Assembly: GCA_951406725.2 (NCBI GenBank)
Contig: OX597825.1
Coordinates: 57,660,001-57,724,000 of the forward strand
DNA from: Octopus vulgaris
Lineage: Eukaryota
Length of the DNA: 64,000 nucleotides
Direction: 5' to 3'
Every line of letters begins with the position of its first letter. The stretch's first letter is position 1. The notes below the pieces were generated by a model that did not search any database, was not told where the DNA came from, and worked only from the letters and a program-made list of their open reading frames with translations. Below are positions 39,405 through 52,627 of this stretch, one piece after another. The translations under genes and the position numbers were made by a program.

Positions 39405-41400
39405 AGTCATTGACAGATATAGTTTATTAAGGCTTTCCACTCATTTTCATCTTCAGCCGCTTGAAGTATTTTATTAAACGACATCTCGCAGTCTGCACAA
39501 ATCATACGGCGGTAAATCCTTCTTGGATTAAGGCGGCGAGCTGGCAGAAACACCAGCACGCTGGACGAAATGCGTAGCCGTATTTCGTGTGTCGTTACGT
39601 TCTGAGTTCAAATTCCGCCGAGGTCGACTTTGCCTTTCATCCTTTCGGGGTCGATAAATTAAGTACCAGTTACGCACTGGGGTCGATGTAATCGACTTAA
39701 TACCTATGTCTATCCTTGTTTGTCCCATCTGTGTTTAGCCCCTTGTGGGTAATAAAGAAATAGGTAAATCCTTCTTGGTCGTCTCTTCTCGCGCTTTCCA
39801 CCTTGTATGGTGTTAAGCAGAAAGCACTGTTAATAGCATTCATTAAGTTGGTATCGCAGATGGTGACTAATTCATCTCAGTTGGTGCTCCATTATCCTTG
39901 TACGCATTTGCTTTTCATCGGCCATTTGGTATAATGGTTCATTGGAATCATGGTCGTTATAGGATATCTGATATATTTTCCTCAGGTTTCTTGTGTGAAA
40001 AGAGTTCACCATGACCCATTGCCGATTCGTATTTGTTACCCATGTCTTGAATCCATATGTAAAAATAGGAAGACAAAGTTTTGTCCATCGTTCTCTTCGT
40101 TGTTAGGTTGATGTCAGACGACCAGAGCTGTTGAAGCTACGACACTGCGCCACATGCTGCTCTCCTTCGGTCAACGATATCACTGTTTGAGTTGTGAGAG
40201 AGATCAGTTACAGTCCAATACAAGGTAAGTGAATTTATCAACCCTGGATAGCTGCTTTCCATTTACCAGGACGCCAGTTGTTTCGTCTGTGTTTATATTA
40301 ATAGTGAGGTACTATTAATTTATTTCTAGTCCCACAGTCTTTGTTTCTCGCATGACACAATCCAAGTAGTCCTGTGCTTCTAGGAGCGAAGAGTACAATA
40401 TCATTTGCAAATGGACTCTGGAATGCGAATTCCATTCTCCATATGGGTTGCAGCTTTCATCATATGAACTATAACTACCAAAATTAGATAAGATGCTGAG
40501 GCATCACATTGCAGAATTCCATTCTAAGGTGTGAAGCCAGAGGACTGTTTTCTATTAACAAGGATGTATGCTGTTTGTCATGAAGAAATCTAACTGACGG
40601 CGTTATCTTCGATGGTATCCTTGTAATTTCAAGAATCGTAGACAGCAGTTTTGTCGATGCTGTCAAATGCATTTGGAGAGTCTATGAACAGCGCAACTAT
40701 TGAGAGACATCACTTAAAGCAGGTCTCCAGTACCATTTTCAACATGCGAATTTGTTCAATGCAACTATAGTTCTTTCTAAAACAACTCTAGTAGACACTT
40801 AAATCCTTATCTATCTTTTCCCGTATGTGATTAAACAGAAGCCTATTAAAGAGCTTTGTGCCATAATCCATGAGACTTATTCCACGATAGTCGAGACATC
40901 TGTCGCAGATCATCTTTCTTTTGCTAGTGGTACTATGATTGATGACCTCCTTTCACTAGGCGGCACACTTGTTAAGAGAACCTTGTTGCATATGTTCTCC
41001 ATATTTGAGCGATTCGTTTACAAGACTGAGGTCTCTACCAACTGCTTTGTCATTTGATGCCCCCTTGAGTACGACAGGCAGTTCAGACATCTCGAAATTT
41101 TCAGTGGACACTTCGTGTACATTATTGTTCTCAAAGTCGAAGTGTTATCGCTCTTCGGTTTGCGTTCCCTTTCACGATAACTTTGCATTTGTTTCATGTT
41201 TCAAACCAATCCTTCCCGCAGTTGAAGGGATTTCTATGCTCATCACAAACTTATTGAATTTCTTGCTGTCGGTTTCCTTTCTTCGGCATCTTCATCGCCC
41301 TGTAAGCCTCTTTGTGTTGGTGGGTCATGTCAAAAGATTCAATTTTCTTGCAGATGCTTAGTATGTATCGTTCCCTGTCTTGCTTGTAAGATTCGTTAAC
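39405..41400 (-). pseudogene. Decayed RTE-clade LINE reverse transcriptase and C-terminus
   Basis: Minus motifs in order: FRKNYSCIEQIRML, FIDSPNAFDS, RVDKFTYL, TYGFKTW, QLR*ISHHLR, GKREKRRPRRI, AAEDENEWKALI; many frameshifts. Confidence 0.85.
39527..39762 (+). mobile_element. Young SINE family B copy with perfect 16-bp TSD, inserted in the RTE remnant
   Basis: GGTAAATCCTTCTTGG at 39511-39526 and 39763-39778. Confidence 0.95.
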
Positions 41401-41559
41401 TAAATTATCTGGTGAAGATTGTAGGGTTAATCACCCGGTATTGGATTCTTGCTGATTACGAAAGAAAAACAAGGTGAGTTCAAACATTGGTGGTCGCATC
41501 AGAATAGATATGAACTTGTCAACATGAAGCGATCACACCAAAGCCATTTCGAACATGTG

Positions 41560-41800
41560 AATGCGGATGTATTCAGAAAGAGGCTGCCCATATTTATCTT
41601 TTCTACTTACAATGTTCGAACACTACTGAAGTGTGGTAAATGTGATCAACTGACACGCGAAGCGGAGAGGCAGCCGATTGACGCTATAGCCATCTGGGAA
41701 CAGAAATGGAAAGGGCCAGAAGACTTAAACACTATGTACACCCAGGATGGAACATGGGTGTTACTTAAATGCAGATGCAAGAGTAATGGTGGAGTTGGAA
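41560..41800 (+). pseudogene. APE endonuclease N-terminus of an RTE-like LINE
   Basis: FSTYNVRTLLKCGKCDQLTREAERQPIDAIAIWEQKWKG matches TWNVRTL...GK...L..E..R..IDI.A.QE.RW.G. Confidence 0.8.
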
Positions 41801-41804
41801 TGTA

Positions 41805-42020
41805 TATATGTGTGTGTGTGTGTGTGTGTTTGTCCTCTACCACCGCTTGACAACCGATGTTGGTTTAAGTCCATGTAACATAGCGGTTCGGTAAAAGGAG
41901 ACTGATAGTATAAGTACCAGGCTTAAAAGAAATTAGGTCTGGGATCGATTTGTTCGACTAAAAATTTTAAGGTAGTGCTCCAGTATGGTCGCAGCCCAGT
42001 GGCTGAAACGAATAAAAGAT
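41805..42020 (+). mobile_element. SINE family A, 3' half
   Basis: CCACCGCTTGACAACCGATG...TAGCGGTTCGG...GTGCTCCAGTATGG. Confidence 0.8.
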
Positions 42021-42404
42021 AAAATATAACAGATATAAAACGGGTTTGATCTAGATGAACGATACACAATGTTATCTAATAGTGATGCTTGGGGAATAAT
42101 TCCAGAATTTCCTTTTTTAACACAGGAATTAAAGAGAACTTCAAAAAGATAAATGGTTTGGGAAAATAAAGAACCAGTTATATACTGATATTAATATAAC
42201 CGACTAACCCCACTCCCACAAAAATCTTAAGCCTTGCACATTTATGAGAAACAGTTATTTGTAGTTTTGACCTTCCTATTGTCCACGATGTGTTGCTTTT
42301 GCAGTCAATGAAAGATTTAATCATCGTCATATTCGTCGTCGTTGTCGTAGTCGTCGTCGTCGTCCTCGTCCTCCTCCTCTTTTTCTTCTTCATCTTCCCA
42401 TTCA

Positions 42405-43035
42405 TTAATCCTGTCATTCTTCCGGGGTCGATAAAATAAAGTAACAACGAAGTACCGATGCCGATGGAATCGAGTAACACCCCTACAAGAATTACTGGAT
42501 GGTGCCTAGAATCGTTAACATACTGGACGAAATGCTTAGTGGCATTTCGTCCGTCTTTATGTTCTGAGTTCAAATTTCACCGAGGTCGACTTTGCCTTTC
42601 ATCCTGTCAAGGTCGATAAAATAAACAGCAATTGAGCACTGGGGGTCGATGCAATCGATTTATCCCTCCACCAAAATTTCAAACCTTGTGCTTATGGTAG
42701 AAAAGATTATTATCAAAGTGGCGAGCTGGCAGAATCGTTAGCACGCCGAGCAAAATGCTCTGCGGCATTTCGCCCGCCTTTACGTTCACAGTTCAAATAA
42801 CGTTGAGATCCACTTTGCCTTTAAGGCGGCGAGCTGGTAGAATCGTTAGCATGCCGGGCATTATGCTTAGCGGCATTTCGAGTGTCTTTACGTTCTGAGT
42901 TCAAATTCCGCCGAGGTCGACTTTATCTTTCATCCTTTCGGGGTTGATAAATTAAGTACCAGTTACGCACTGAGTTGGATGTACTCGACTAGTCCCTTCC
43001 CCCAAAATTTCAGGCCTTGTGCCTTTAGTAGAAAC
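42405..43035 (+). mobile_element. Cluster of about 4 full/partial SINE family B copies
   Basis: Repeated GGCGAGCTGG(C/T)AGAATCGTTAGCA and TTCTGAGTTCAAATT...GAGGTCGACTTT blocks. Confidence 0.88.
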
Positions 43036-43047
43036 TATTAATATGAT

Positions 43048-43934
43048 TGTTTTACTTCTCGGGGTGCTCGGTCTTGTTAGCTCTAGTTGATTCTGTGAGT
43101 GTGGACAGCAGCCTTTTGTCAGAGTTCTCACAAGGTCTCTTTCCGCACATTATAATCTTTGATAATTGGTTGTTAACTATCGTAGAAGACGTTCAACACC
43201 CAAACATCAATCTCAAAATCTTAACTGTCCCAAGCAGAGCAGTTTTTGGGCTTGCTTTGCTCTCATCTCAGTTCAGATTTCTCTGGCATATTTCTCGAAC
43301 TTGATTGTTAGTGCTTCGACTGCTCCTACAGTTACTGAGGTGATAGACATTCTCCCCATAGTTCACATTCTTTGCGCTGCCAGTGCTCGCAGTCTCTTTT
43401 TTTAGTGTTTCTTTTTTCAGCCAATCTCACCTATTTTTTCCAGCAATTTCTGTTGTGGCTACATGGAATTCTTCGTGTCTTTTTTGTGCTTTTTCCTTCG
43501 TTTTTCCTTTTTCTCTGATTTCAATACTCCCCCGTTCCTAACTGACACTAGCAAGCTTTCCTTACTTTGGGTTAATTATCTCATTTAACCCTCGAGTTCG
43601 ATACGTACGCAGTCTTCCACACTTATCAGTCCTTCTTCTCCATTTGCGATGAGTGTCTGCACGTGGATGATGGACTCCATGAATCGTTGGTAGCTTTATT
43701 TACTTCTTGTCCATCTTCTTTAGATCCTCCTCTGTTCACTTCAGGATTCCAGCGTCATACCGAACTACTGCAACTGCGCGCGAGTTTATTGCCAAAATTA
43801 TGATTCTGGCATTCAGCTTTGAAGCCAGTATTGTTCTCACTCGCCGCAGATACTCTCTTTTTGTCTTTTTTTCATGTCGTTGTGTTTTATTCCATCTGTC
43901 TCAAGTATTCCCAGGTATTTGTAGCTGGATTGGG

Positions 43935-43935
<1 letters not shown>
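43048..43935 (-). pseudogene. Dong/R4-like LINE remnant (RT end to 3' end, internally deleted)
   Basis: Minus: SYKYLGILETDGIKHNDMK / EYLRRVRTILASKLNA..AINSRAVAVVRYDAGIL / HGVHHPRAD / GLISVEDCV / KTALLGTVKILR. Confidence 0.88.
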
Positions 43936-44011
<76 letters not shown>

Positions 44012-44455
44012 AAAGAAAGAAAGAAAGAGAGAAAGAAAGAAAGAAAGAAAGAAATAAAAACATATATAGTAGAAAAGGGTGGTACACAACAAAACAACAC
44101 TCCTTGCAATATCAGTAAAGCAATTTTTCTGGTAATAATGGTAAACATTGCCAAAAGTTGTAGATAGCCAGCTTTTTATTATGAAGAAAACAGGTGAGTG
44201 ACCAAGAGAAGGAAAAGGGAGTGAGAAAGAGAGAGAGAGAGAGGCAGAGAAAAGGAAGAGAAAGGAAGGAGAAAGAGAAAGACAAAGAGGAAGAGGGAAA
44301 AGAAAAGCAAAGAGCACTTACTATCTCATCAGTAAAATTCCAAAGGCGGGAAAATGTTTTAAGAATTCATGAAAGAATTTATTACACATCATTATTCCCA
44401 TCATACTCATCTTCTGAACCAGCAGCATTTGTAGCAACAAAAACAACAGCAATAG

Positions 44456-44985
44456 CTGTGGAGGCGCAATGGCCAGCGGACTCGCGGTTGTAAGAACGCG
44501 GTTTCGATTACTTGACCGGGCATTAAGTGTTTATTGAACAAAAACATCTAAGCTCAACGAAGCTCCGGCAGGGCCCCGCTGTACTCTTTCACCACAACTT
44601 TCTCTCACTCTTTCTTCTTACTTCTGCCACAAAGCAGTGGAACCATGGTGTAACCTACTATGGTGTGGTAAACTTTCAGGCCCTAGTCTAGATTGCGAAT
44701 CCTCTGTACCCCAGCATAGTTCAACTCTCCACCCGTTAAAAGCCACCGTTTACGGAATAAGGATAACAACGTAGCTTTCGCGTCCGTGCAATCGCCAATC
44801 TCTCGTGTGTGGTGGGTGGATCTTCAAGTTGCTACACGCATTCTAAGTAGCTTAGAGTAGGCTCGAATTAGAGATTATTCTTTGTGGCTAATGGTGTGAG
44901 TCCAGATTGGAAGAAGAAGAAGAAGAAGAAGAAGAAGAAGAAGAAGAAGAAGAAGAAGAAGAAGAAGAAGAAGAAGAAGAAGAAG
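44456..44985 (+). mobile_element. SINE family C head followed by a possible third tail ending in (GAA)n
   Basis: GGAGGCGCAATGGCC...GCGGACTCGCGG...GGTTTCGATT...CTGTACTCTTTCACCACAACTTTCTCTCACTC, then unique sequence to a (GAA)n run; assignment of the tail is inferred. Confidence 0.6.
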
Positions 44986-45039
44986 ACAGCAGTAGCTCCA
45001 CTGACACTATCATCATCGTCATCATCGTCATCATCACGT

Positions 45040-45385
45040 CAAGGGCAGTTTTGTCTTTCTTCCTTCCGGCAGCAGTAAAATGAGGCACCAGTTTAGTATT
45101 GGGCCCGATAGTATCGATTAACTTTTCCCTTAAAAAATTGCTGGGCATGTGCCTAAATCAGACACTTATAAAGGTGGTGAGCTGGCAGACTCAATACAGC
45201 GTCGGAAAACACGCTTGCAGTATTCGATCTAGCTCTTTACGTTCTGAGTTCAAATTTTGCCAATATCAACTTTGCCTTTCGTCCCTCTGGATTCGATAAA
45301 GTAAAGTATCACTCAAGTCCAAAGATCTATGGTATCAGCTAATCTACTCTCAAAGTTACTGATTTCGTGCCTAAGTTAGAAACGT
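45040..45385 (+). mobile_element. Degenerate SINE family B copies
   Basis: AAGGTGGTGAGCTGGCAGA...TTACGTTCTGAGTTCAAATT...CTTTGCCTTTC. Confidence 0.7.
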
Positions 45386-45457
45386 TAACGTTCATAACGT
45401 CGTCGCCGTCATCATCATCCTATTAATTTTCATCATTATCGTATTTTCAACTGTTTC

Positions 45458-45760
45458 TGTGAGGACGCATGGCCTTGTGGTTAAGATATTACAGTCATGA
45501 TCACAAGATCGAAGTTTCAATTAGTGAACTGGGTAGTGCGTTGTGTTCTTGATCAAAACACTTAATTTCACGTAGCTACGCGATCATTTTGACGCCTGGC
45601 GTCTAGTACATCGTGCACCTGTTCAAGCAATGTTTATTTGATGGAGGGTTTGAGCTAATGCACAACACTAACATTTGATCGCTATAAGCAAATCATTTGT
45701 GCAGGTTGTTCAACAGGGAATTGCAGAACCGTCATGCTCTGGTTACGAGAGACAGCCATC
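45458..45760 (+). mobile_element. SINE family D head with an alternative tail
   Basis: GAGGACGCATGGCCTTGTGGTTAAG...GCGTTGTGTTCTTGATCAAAACACTTAATTTCACG; tail unlike that of 5293-5560. Confidence 0.65.
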
Positions 45761-46004
45761 ATGCGAGTTTCTACAGCCCTGCCATGTGTACGTCGATATG
45801 CCTGAGGTGTGTGTACAATTCATGAATGTAGAATTGAGTTTTTATAGCACAAGAAAATTTGGTTCAGTGACTCTGGTGTTTAGCATTTCGTCTGTTGTGT
45901 AGAGTTTCTTCAATGTCAAGTGTGTTATGTTGTTAGGTGGTATTTGAGCTTTCTATGTTCAGTGGTCATGTATTTTGGTGTGATGCGGTGATTGTTTACT
46001 GTAT

Positions 46005-46628
46005 ATTGGTTTCAAATTTTGGGGACAAGGCCAGAAATTTTGGAGGAGGGGCTAAGTCGATTATATCCAACCCAGTGTTCAACTGGTACTTATTTTATCG
46101 ACTCCAAAGGGACGTAAGAGGCAGGCGAAATGCCGCTAAACAGTGTTGTCCGACGTGCTAACGATTCTGCCTGCTTACCGCCTTAGTTGTATACTGTATA
46201 TTATTGAGTGGCAAGCGTATAGAATATTCTTTTCTTCTCAAGTCACAAGGCCCGAAATTTTGGGGGAGGGGGCCAGTCTATAAGATTGATCACAGTACGC
46301 AACTGGTACTTAATTTCTCGACTCCGAACGGATGAAAGATAAAGCGGAATTTGAACTCAGAACAGGCGGAATACATAAAGACAGGCGGAATACCTATTTC
46401 TTTACTACCCACAAGGGGCTAAATACAGAGGGGACAAACAAGGATAGACAAACGGATTAAGTCGATTACATCGACCCCAATGCGTAACTGGTACTTATTT
46501 AATCGACCCCGAAAGGATGAAAGGCAAAGTAGACCTCGGCGGAATTTGAACTCAGAACGTAACGGCAGACGAAATACTGCTAAGCATTTCGCCCGGCGTG
46601 CTAACGATTCTGCCAGCTCGCCGCCTTA
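46005..46628 (-). mobile_element. SINE family B copies (46005-46185 degenerate; 46240-46628 dimeric)
   Basis: Ends ...GCTAACGATTCTGCCAGCTCGCCGCCTTA, the reverse complement of the family B head. Confidence 0.9.
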
Positions 46629-47514
46629 GCAAGCGTGTAGAATATGAGTTACATGTGCTGTTGGCGTTATAATGTATGCATATGTTATTTTAGTGGGTGA
46701 TAATTACATAGAGTATATGCTGTGTTATATTACGTGGAAATTGTGTTGAAGATTGTAATGCGTTATGGTAATTCCACCAAATACTCGTTGTGTGAACTAT
46801 TTTCTTGTATTGGGTGGTTATTTTATGTATTGTGTGTAGGAAGAACACTGATTGGTTTGTGTTACTGAAATTAAAATATTTTGCGTAGGATGTCTAGTGA
46901 ACAGTTCTCTTTTGAACTGCATATCATTCAACCACAGTAGTGGTTAAATATATTAAGTTCACCATTTCGTCAATCGTAGCAGCTTCCAAGCTTCACCACT
47001 AATTCAGTTCTCAACTAACTTGCAAACTGTTATCAGTTTTAAAGAGGACACATCCTCGGCTACACTTTGGCATAAATAGTTTAAGATTTGGTTCAGTAGA
47101 AAAAAAGTTACATAAAAATATCTGCGACCTCAAGGGGGTCAGTACGGCACCTATTCACCATAAATTAACATAAACTTTTTAATTTTAAAATAAAAGTATG
47201 CTTTTCTTAGACTTAAATGACAGAAAAGTGTATGAGGAATTCAGAGTCGTTTGTCGCATTGAACAAAAATTAATAGAAGAACAGTTATGGGGTGAAATAC
47301 CACGAAATTTCGTGTAAGTAAGTAAGAGAGTAATGAAGTAACGCTTAGCAATAAGAATATTAAAGAATATATTGCTAAAATGAATATTCACGTTCTAAGT
47401 CGGCGAACTGGCAGAAACGTTAGCTCGCTGCCAGAATTTCTAAATGGCATTTCGCCTGTGTTTATGCTTTGAGTTCAAGTTCCGCCGAGGTCGATTTTAC
47501 TTTTTATCCATTTC

Positions 47515-47862
47515 GGATCTATTCAATTTGACATACATATTAATTAATTTTTTTAAACTAAACACTTTGAAACTTCCGATACTGGTATAATGTGTTACAT
47601 ACAACAGAGTTTACTTTTAACGTTTTTGACAAAATTTTGTATTTTAGAAGTTATTTCGTCACAAGTTACAAAGTGACAATGGACAAATTCGTGTTTGATA
47701 AGTGTCAATACACGAAACACTCTCTAACTTCTGTCGATTATATATATATACATATTATACATATATGCGTAAAAAAATCTCATCATGCAATTGAACCAAT
47801 GAAAGAGCCTCTACCTGGTCACTCGACATGGTAAAAATAGCAGCCAATGTATCCCCTACCCA
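47515..47862 (+). repeat. Unclassified dispersed repeat (second copy ~54797-55200)
   Basis: Shared AAACTAAACACTTTGAAACTTC(C/A)GATACTGGTA...TTAGAAGTTATTTC and GCAAT(T/C)GAACCAATGAAA(G/T)AGCCTCT(A/G)CCTGGTC(A/G)CTCGACA. Confidence 0.75.
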
Positions 47863-47948
47863 GTATTTTATAAGGTAAAATCCTAAATTATTAACTGACA
47901 CATTATTAAATGTCTTAAAGCAGCAATGCTTGGAAAAATCATGGATTA

Positions 47949-48429
47949 CATGGAAAAATGCGAGCATGAAAACTAATATTCTTAAGATTATAAACCTGGA
48001 AAAGTACAGGACAGTTTATTACACCTGGAAAAGCATAGGACAAACTACTACTTCAAGTAAAGAATAAGAAACTTTTTACTTAAAATATTGCAGCTAAAAT
48101 TAAAATTAGAATATTAAAATAAATAATTTATTATAGTTTACAAATAACACTATACTTATTTAAGTAGAATTTAGCTAATTTACTACCTTAAATACAGAAA
48201 AAAGTGACTAATTAGACAAACTTACAAATTAGCTGAACAGTTTTGTACAATAAATTTAAAAGATGAGAACTGTTAAAAGTGAAAAATTAGAAGAACTGGC
48301 ATTCTTTGCTGCAATATTTTAAGTAAAAAGTTTCTTAGTCTTTACTTTACTTGAAGTAATAGTTTGTCCTATGCTTTTCCAGGTTTATAATCTTAAGAAT
48401 ATTACTTTTCATGCTCACATTTTTCCGTG
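47949..48429. mobile_element. Long-TIR MITE with TA flanks (Tc1/mariner-type)
   Basis: TA-CATGGAAAAATGCGAGCATGAAAA...AAAATATTGCAGC (to ~48094) is the reverse complement of GCTGCAATATTTT...TTTTCATGCTCACATTTTTCCGTG-TA (from ~48308). Confidence 0.85.
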
Positions 48430-49509
48430 TAATAACGATGTTATCTTTTGTATACGTATGTTTTTGTTCGTGTATTTTTCTTATTATCACATCTAATATT
48501 GTAATCATTATTGATACTATTTTAACGTTAATACCTCCATGATACACTTATTCCACTTTCAAAATACTTGTTTTACCTTTTGTCAGTTTATTCACTTTTC
48601 TTCGGGAAATATCTTAGTAAGAAGGGATCTAGGTATTTACCAGGCTAAAACATTTTAATACCTATCCTTGATGACTATCTCTGGCAGGTTTTCCCTGTTC
48701 TCCTTGTCAGTATGGATAGAAATGCATGTTTCAGGTGACAGAGGTTAAATATTTGTCACTGTTCACGTTTGGCACATGCTTATACCACTTCTTATAAATT
48801 TTTCACGTCGAATTATTGGTTTATTGCCCAGGAGACATAGCTGCTAATGCGGTAGTGTCTGTGAATAAATTTGTACATGATTTAATGTAACTGTTTACAT
48901 AGTCTGCATTTGATATCAGCATCCTTTTTCATTATATTAATTCTGTAATTATTTGTGACCAGACACTAGTTCAGGGCATCTAAAAATTAGATTTGCTTCC
49001 GCGTAGGCTTCTTTCCTCTGCCGAGTTTGCGTGGTTTTGACTACTTACTGTTTTTTTCCCTACATTTTTAACTACATTTTGAAGCTCAGTTTCGATTTTA
49101 TTTTGTTATTTCCGTTAACGTTTTTCAGCTGTTTTGTTTTATTTAAATCGCTTTTTTTTTCGGTATAACTGGTAATTAGTTTGCGCTTTGTTTCCTGATA
49201 TAAAGAAAGACAACGTATTTTCATGATTTCTTATTGCACAAGTCATTTTATCTGGCTTGCTTCTAAGTATTTTCTAGTCTCACTGTTGTTACTTTGTAGC
49301 AATGTTTTATTTATTCCAGACAATGTCTTGCTTGGCAGGTATATTCAATCTATAAAAAGCTTTTTGGAATTGAGTCTTTAGAACACTGTTAGTGACCTCC
49401 ATGTTCTAATATTTTAAATTTAGTTAACTTCCAGTATATAATATGGAAGTTGCATCTACATGATCCACCCCACCCCCACACCGCCTCCTCCTCTTTCTTC
49501 GAATAATAA

Positions 49510-49693
49510 GCTCAGACAAAATGCTTTGTGGCATTTTGTCTGACTTTGCATTTTGAGTTCAAATGCCGCAGACGTCAACTTTGTCTACCATCATTTTAGG
49601 GTTGATATAATGAGTACCGGTGGTAGTGCAGTGGGGTCGATGTAATGAACTTACTCTATACCACCAAATTTCAGGCCCTGTGACTATAGTAGA

Positions 49694-49695
<2 letters not shown>
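49510..49695 (+). mobile_element. Degenerate SINE family B
   Basis: AAATGCTTTGTGGCATTT...GAGTTCAAAT...GGGGTCGATGTAAT...AAATTTCAGGCC. Confidence 0.7.
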
Positions 49696-49744
<49 letters not shown>

Positions 49745-50108
49745 TTATTCTTTTACTTGCCTCAGCCATGCTGGAACACTGCCTTTAGTCGAACAAATCG
49801 ACCCCAGCACTTATTCTTTGAAAACCTAGTACTTATTCTATCGTTCTATTTTGCCGAACCGTTAAGTTACGGGAACGTAAACACACCAAGATCGGTTGTC
49901 AAGCGATGGTGGGGAACAAACACAGACACACAAATACATACATGCATATATATATGACGGGCCTCTTTCAGTTTCCGTATACCAAATTTACTCACAAGGC
50001 TTTGGTCGGTCCGAGGCTACAGTAGAAGACACTTGCTCAAGATGCCACGCAATAGGACTAAACCCGAAACCATGTGGCTAGGAAGCAAGCTTCTTACAAG
50101 ACAGCCAA
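49745..50108 (-). mobile_element. SINE family A, near full length
   Basis: Reverse complement of family A. Confidence 0.9.
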
Positions 50109-50130
50109 TCATCATCATCATCATCATCAT

Positions 50131-50506
50131 AGCGGCGAGCTGACAGAAACGTTAGCACGCTGGGCGAAATGCTAAGCAGTTTTTCGTCTGCCCTTACGTT
50201 CTGAGTTCAAATTCCGCCGAGGTCGACTTTGCCTTTCATCCTTTCGGGGTCGAATAAATAAGTACCAGTTACGCACTGGGGTCGATCTAATCGACTTAAT
50301 CCGTTTGTCTGTCCTTGTTTGTCCTCTCTGTGTTTAGCCCATTGTGGGTGGTAAAGAAATAGGTATTTCGCCAATCGCTACCATCTAAATTCAAATTCCA
50401 CCGAGGTCGACTTTACCTTTCATCCTTTCGGGGTCGATAAAATAAATACCAGTTGAGCGCTGGGGTCGATGTAATCAACTCATTCGCTCCCCAAAAATTC
50501 TTGCCC
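50131..50506 (+). mobile_element. SINE family B, dimeric
   Basis: Full unit to AAAGAAATAGGTATTTCG, followed by a headless second unit. Confidence 0.9.
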
Positions 50507-50517
50507 ATTATTATTAT

Positions 50518-51073
50518 TGAGTGAGAGAGCAGTGCATGCTATCAAAGTGACACTGGGATAAAATATACGAAGCCCAGTATACTCATTTTGACTACCGTCT
50601 GATAAGGGTACACCAAGCGCATGTACCACAACCATATGTGCGCAACATGGTGATCTCATATCAAGATAAACAGCGTATGACCTTGAAGGTAGGGCCTCAG
50701 TTAGAATTTTCTTCAGGTCGAGTAGTCCATCCCGCTCAAAAGGTCCCTGAATAAGGGTTGTTTAAGGATGTTGAACGAAACATCCTTGTTTCCAAAGTTG
50801 AATTATCCAAACTCCAAAGAATTCCTCCCAACGCATGGCTACGATACTTCCTCACTACTTCTGCTCGTGATCAGAGATGCACATATCGTCAGCCACTAAG
50901 GGACATGCTCAACTGGTTAAGGTCAAACAAGTGACAACCAAATCTGTGGTATTGAGCAGAATATTTGCTGTAGCCCATCTTTTATATCAAGACAAACAAT
51001 GTACATGATAACTCTTCCAGTCAGCTAAGACCAGAAGCTATGAGAACCAGTGCCTGGTACTATATCAGGGCAT
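50518..51073 (+). mobile_element. Element E copy 2
   Basis: Collinear with 32705-33261; (TAT)n on both sides; abuts the Dong 3' tail. Confidence 0.92.
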
Positions 51074-51118
51074 TTATTATTATTATTATTGTTGTCGTTG
51101 TTGTTGTTATTATTATTA

Positions 51119-52309
51119 TGTGAGGAAAAACTCAGCTTATTTTGCTGGGTAGGATGGAAAATGTAAGCAGTCCACGGCCAGCGAAGAATTCTTGCCGTTC
51201 CAATCTTTTTCAGCCATGTTGGTAGTTGAGTGCTAATACTTGCAAGTGCACTAATTACTATTGGTATCACGTTTACTCTTCTCATTGACCACAACCTTCG
51301 TATTTCCCACTTCAAATCGTCACAGTTGTTTATTTTTTCTTCTTTTTTCACATTGATCCTATTGTTACCAGGACATGCTATGTCGATTGCCATGCTTGTT
51401 CTTTCTTTTTTATTCACCACAACGATGTCCAGTTTCGATATCTGGTCAGGTGATCGCAGTGGATCATTTCAACCCACAGAATTTTGTAATTCTTATCCTA
51501 GGTGAGTCCTTCTGGGTTTTGCTCTTATAACGTCTTTGTTCTTTATAGGCCGTGATTTCCACAGAGCTCCCAATAGATCATTCTAGTCACATTGTCATGG
51601 AGCCTTTTGTATTCGCGTTGGGCCAATTTCGGGCATTCGCTAACGATGTGCCATACCGTTTGACCCCTCTCACCACACATTCTGCATTCGTCGCTGTCGG
51701 TAGTGTTGTCTATTCTGCACTTAAGATAGTTGGTCCTTAACGCTTGTTCTTGAGCTGCGCATATGAGTACTTCTGTCTTTATCTTCAGTCACTCCTCCTT
51801 ATCCATAGCCACTGGGTCTCTGTATCGGTCTTGGCATTCCCATCTCTAGCAAACTGACTGTACATTTTTTCCTTCCATGCTTTTTCTTTCTTTTTTTCTT
51901 CATTTCTTGTTCAAATTTTTCTTTCATTACACAATTTTCAGTTTTGATAACGCCGGCCTTCATCATATGCTTCAGCAATGGATTCGCAGCATTTTTTATA
52001 TACGAACTTAGCTGTTTTCCTCTGCTTCGGTACAGTCCTGGCAACTGATCAAACCTCTCTTACCCTTTCTTCTGGACAAGTACACTTATTGGTATCATTC
52101 CTAGGGTGGAAGGCTCCGTGTACTGTCAACATTTTTCTGGTATCGGTATCCATTTTCATCACTTTTCTCTTTTGCCATTTTATAATTCCTGCTGCATACC
52201 GAAAAATAAGTATATCGCTCAATTTTGAGCGCAATACCATCCTTAGCCTTCGGAAATATTCCATCCTCAGATGCTCTTTCATTTCCTTCTCCATTATCTC
52301 GTTGAACTC

Positions 52310-52310
<1 letters not shown>
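51119..52310 (-). pseudogene. Dong/R4-like LINE, 5'-truncated, embedded in (TAA)n
   Basis: Minus: EMKEHLRMEYFRRLRMVLRSKL..RYAAGIIKW..MDTDTRKMLTVHGAFHP; VNKKERTSMAIDIACPGNNRINVKKEEKINNCDDLKWEIRRLWSMRRVNVIPIVISAL...GTARILR (RLE); sense-strand (TAA)n on both flanks. Confidence 0.92.
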
Positions 52311-52342
<32 letters not shown>

Positions 52343-52371
52343 CATCATTATCATTATCTTCCTCATCATAG

Positions 52372-52423
<52 letters not shown>

Positions 52424-52473
52424 CATCATTATCATTATCTTCATCATCATTATCATTATCTTCATCATCATAG

Positions 52474-52525
<52 letters not shown>

Positions 52526-52571
52526 CATCATCATCATCATCATCATTATCATTATCTTCATCATCATAGTA

Positions 52572-52627
<56 letters not shown>

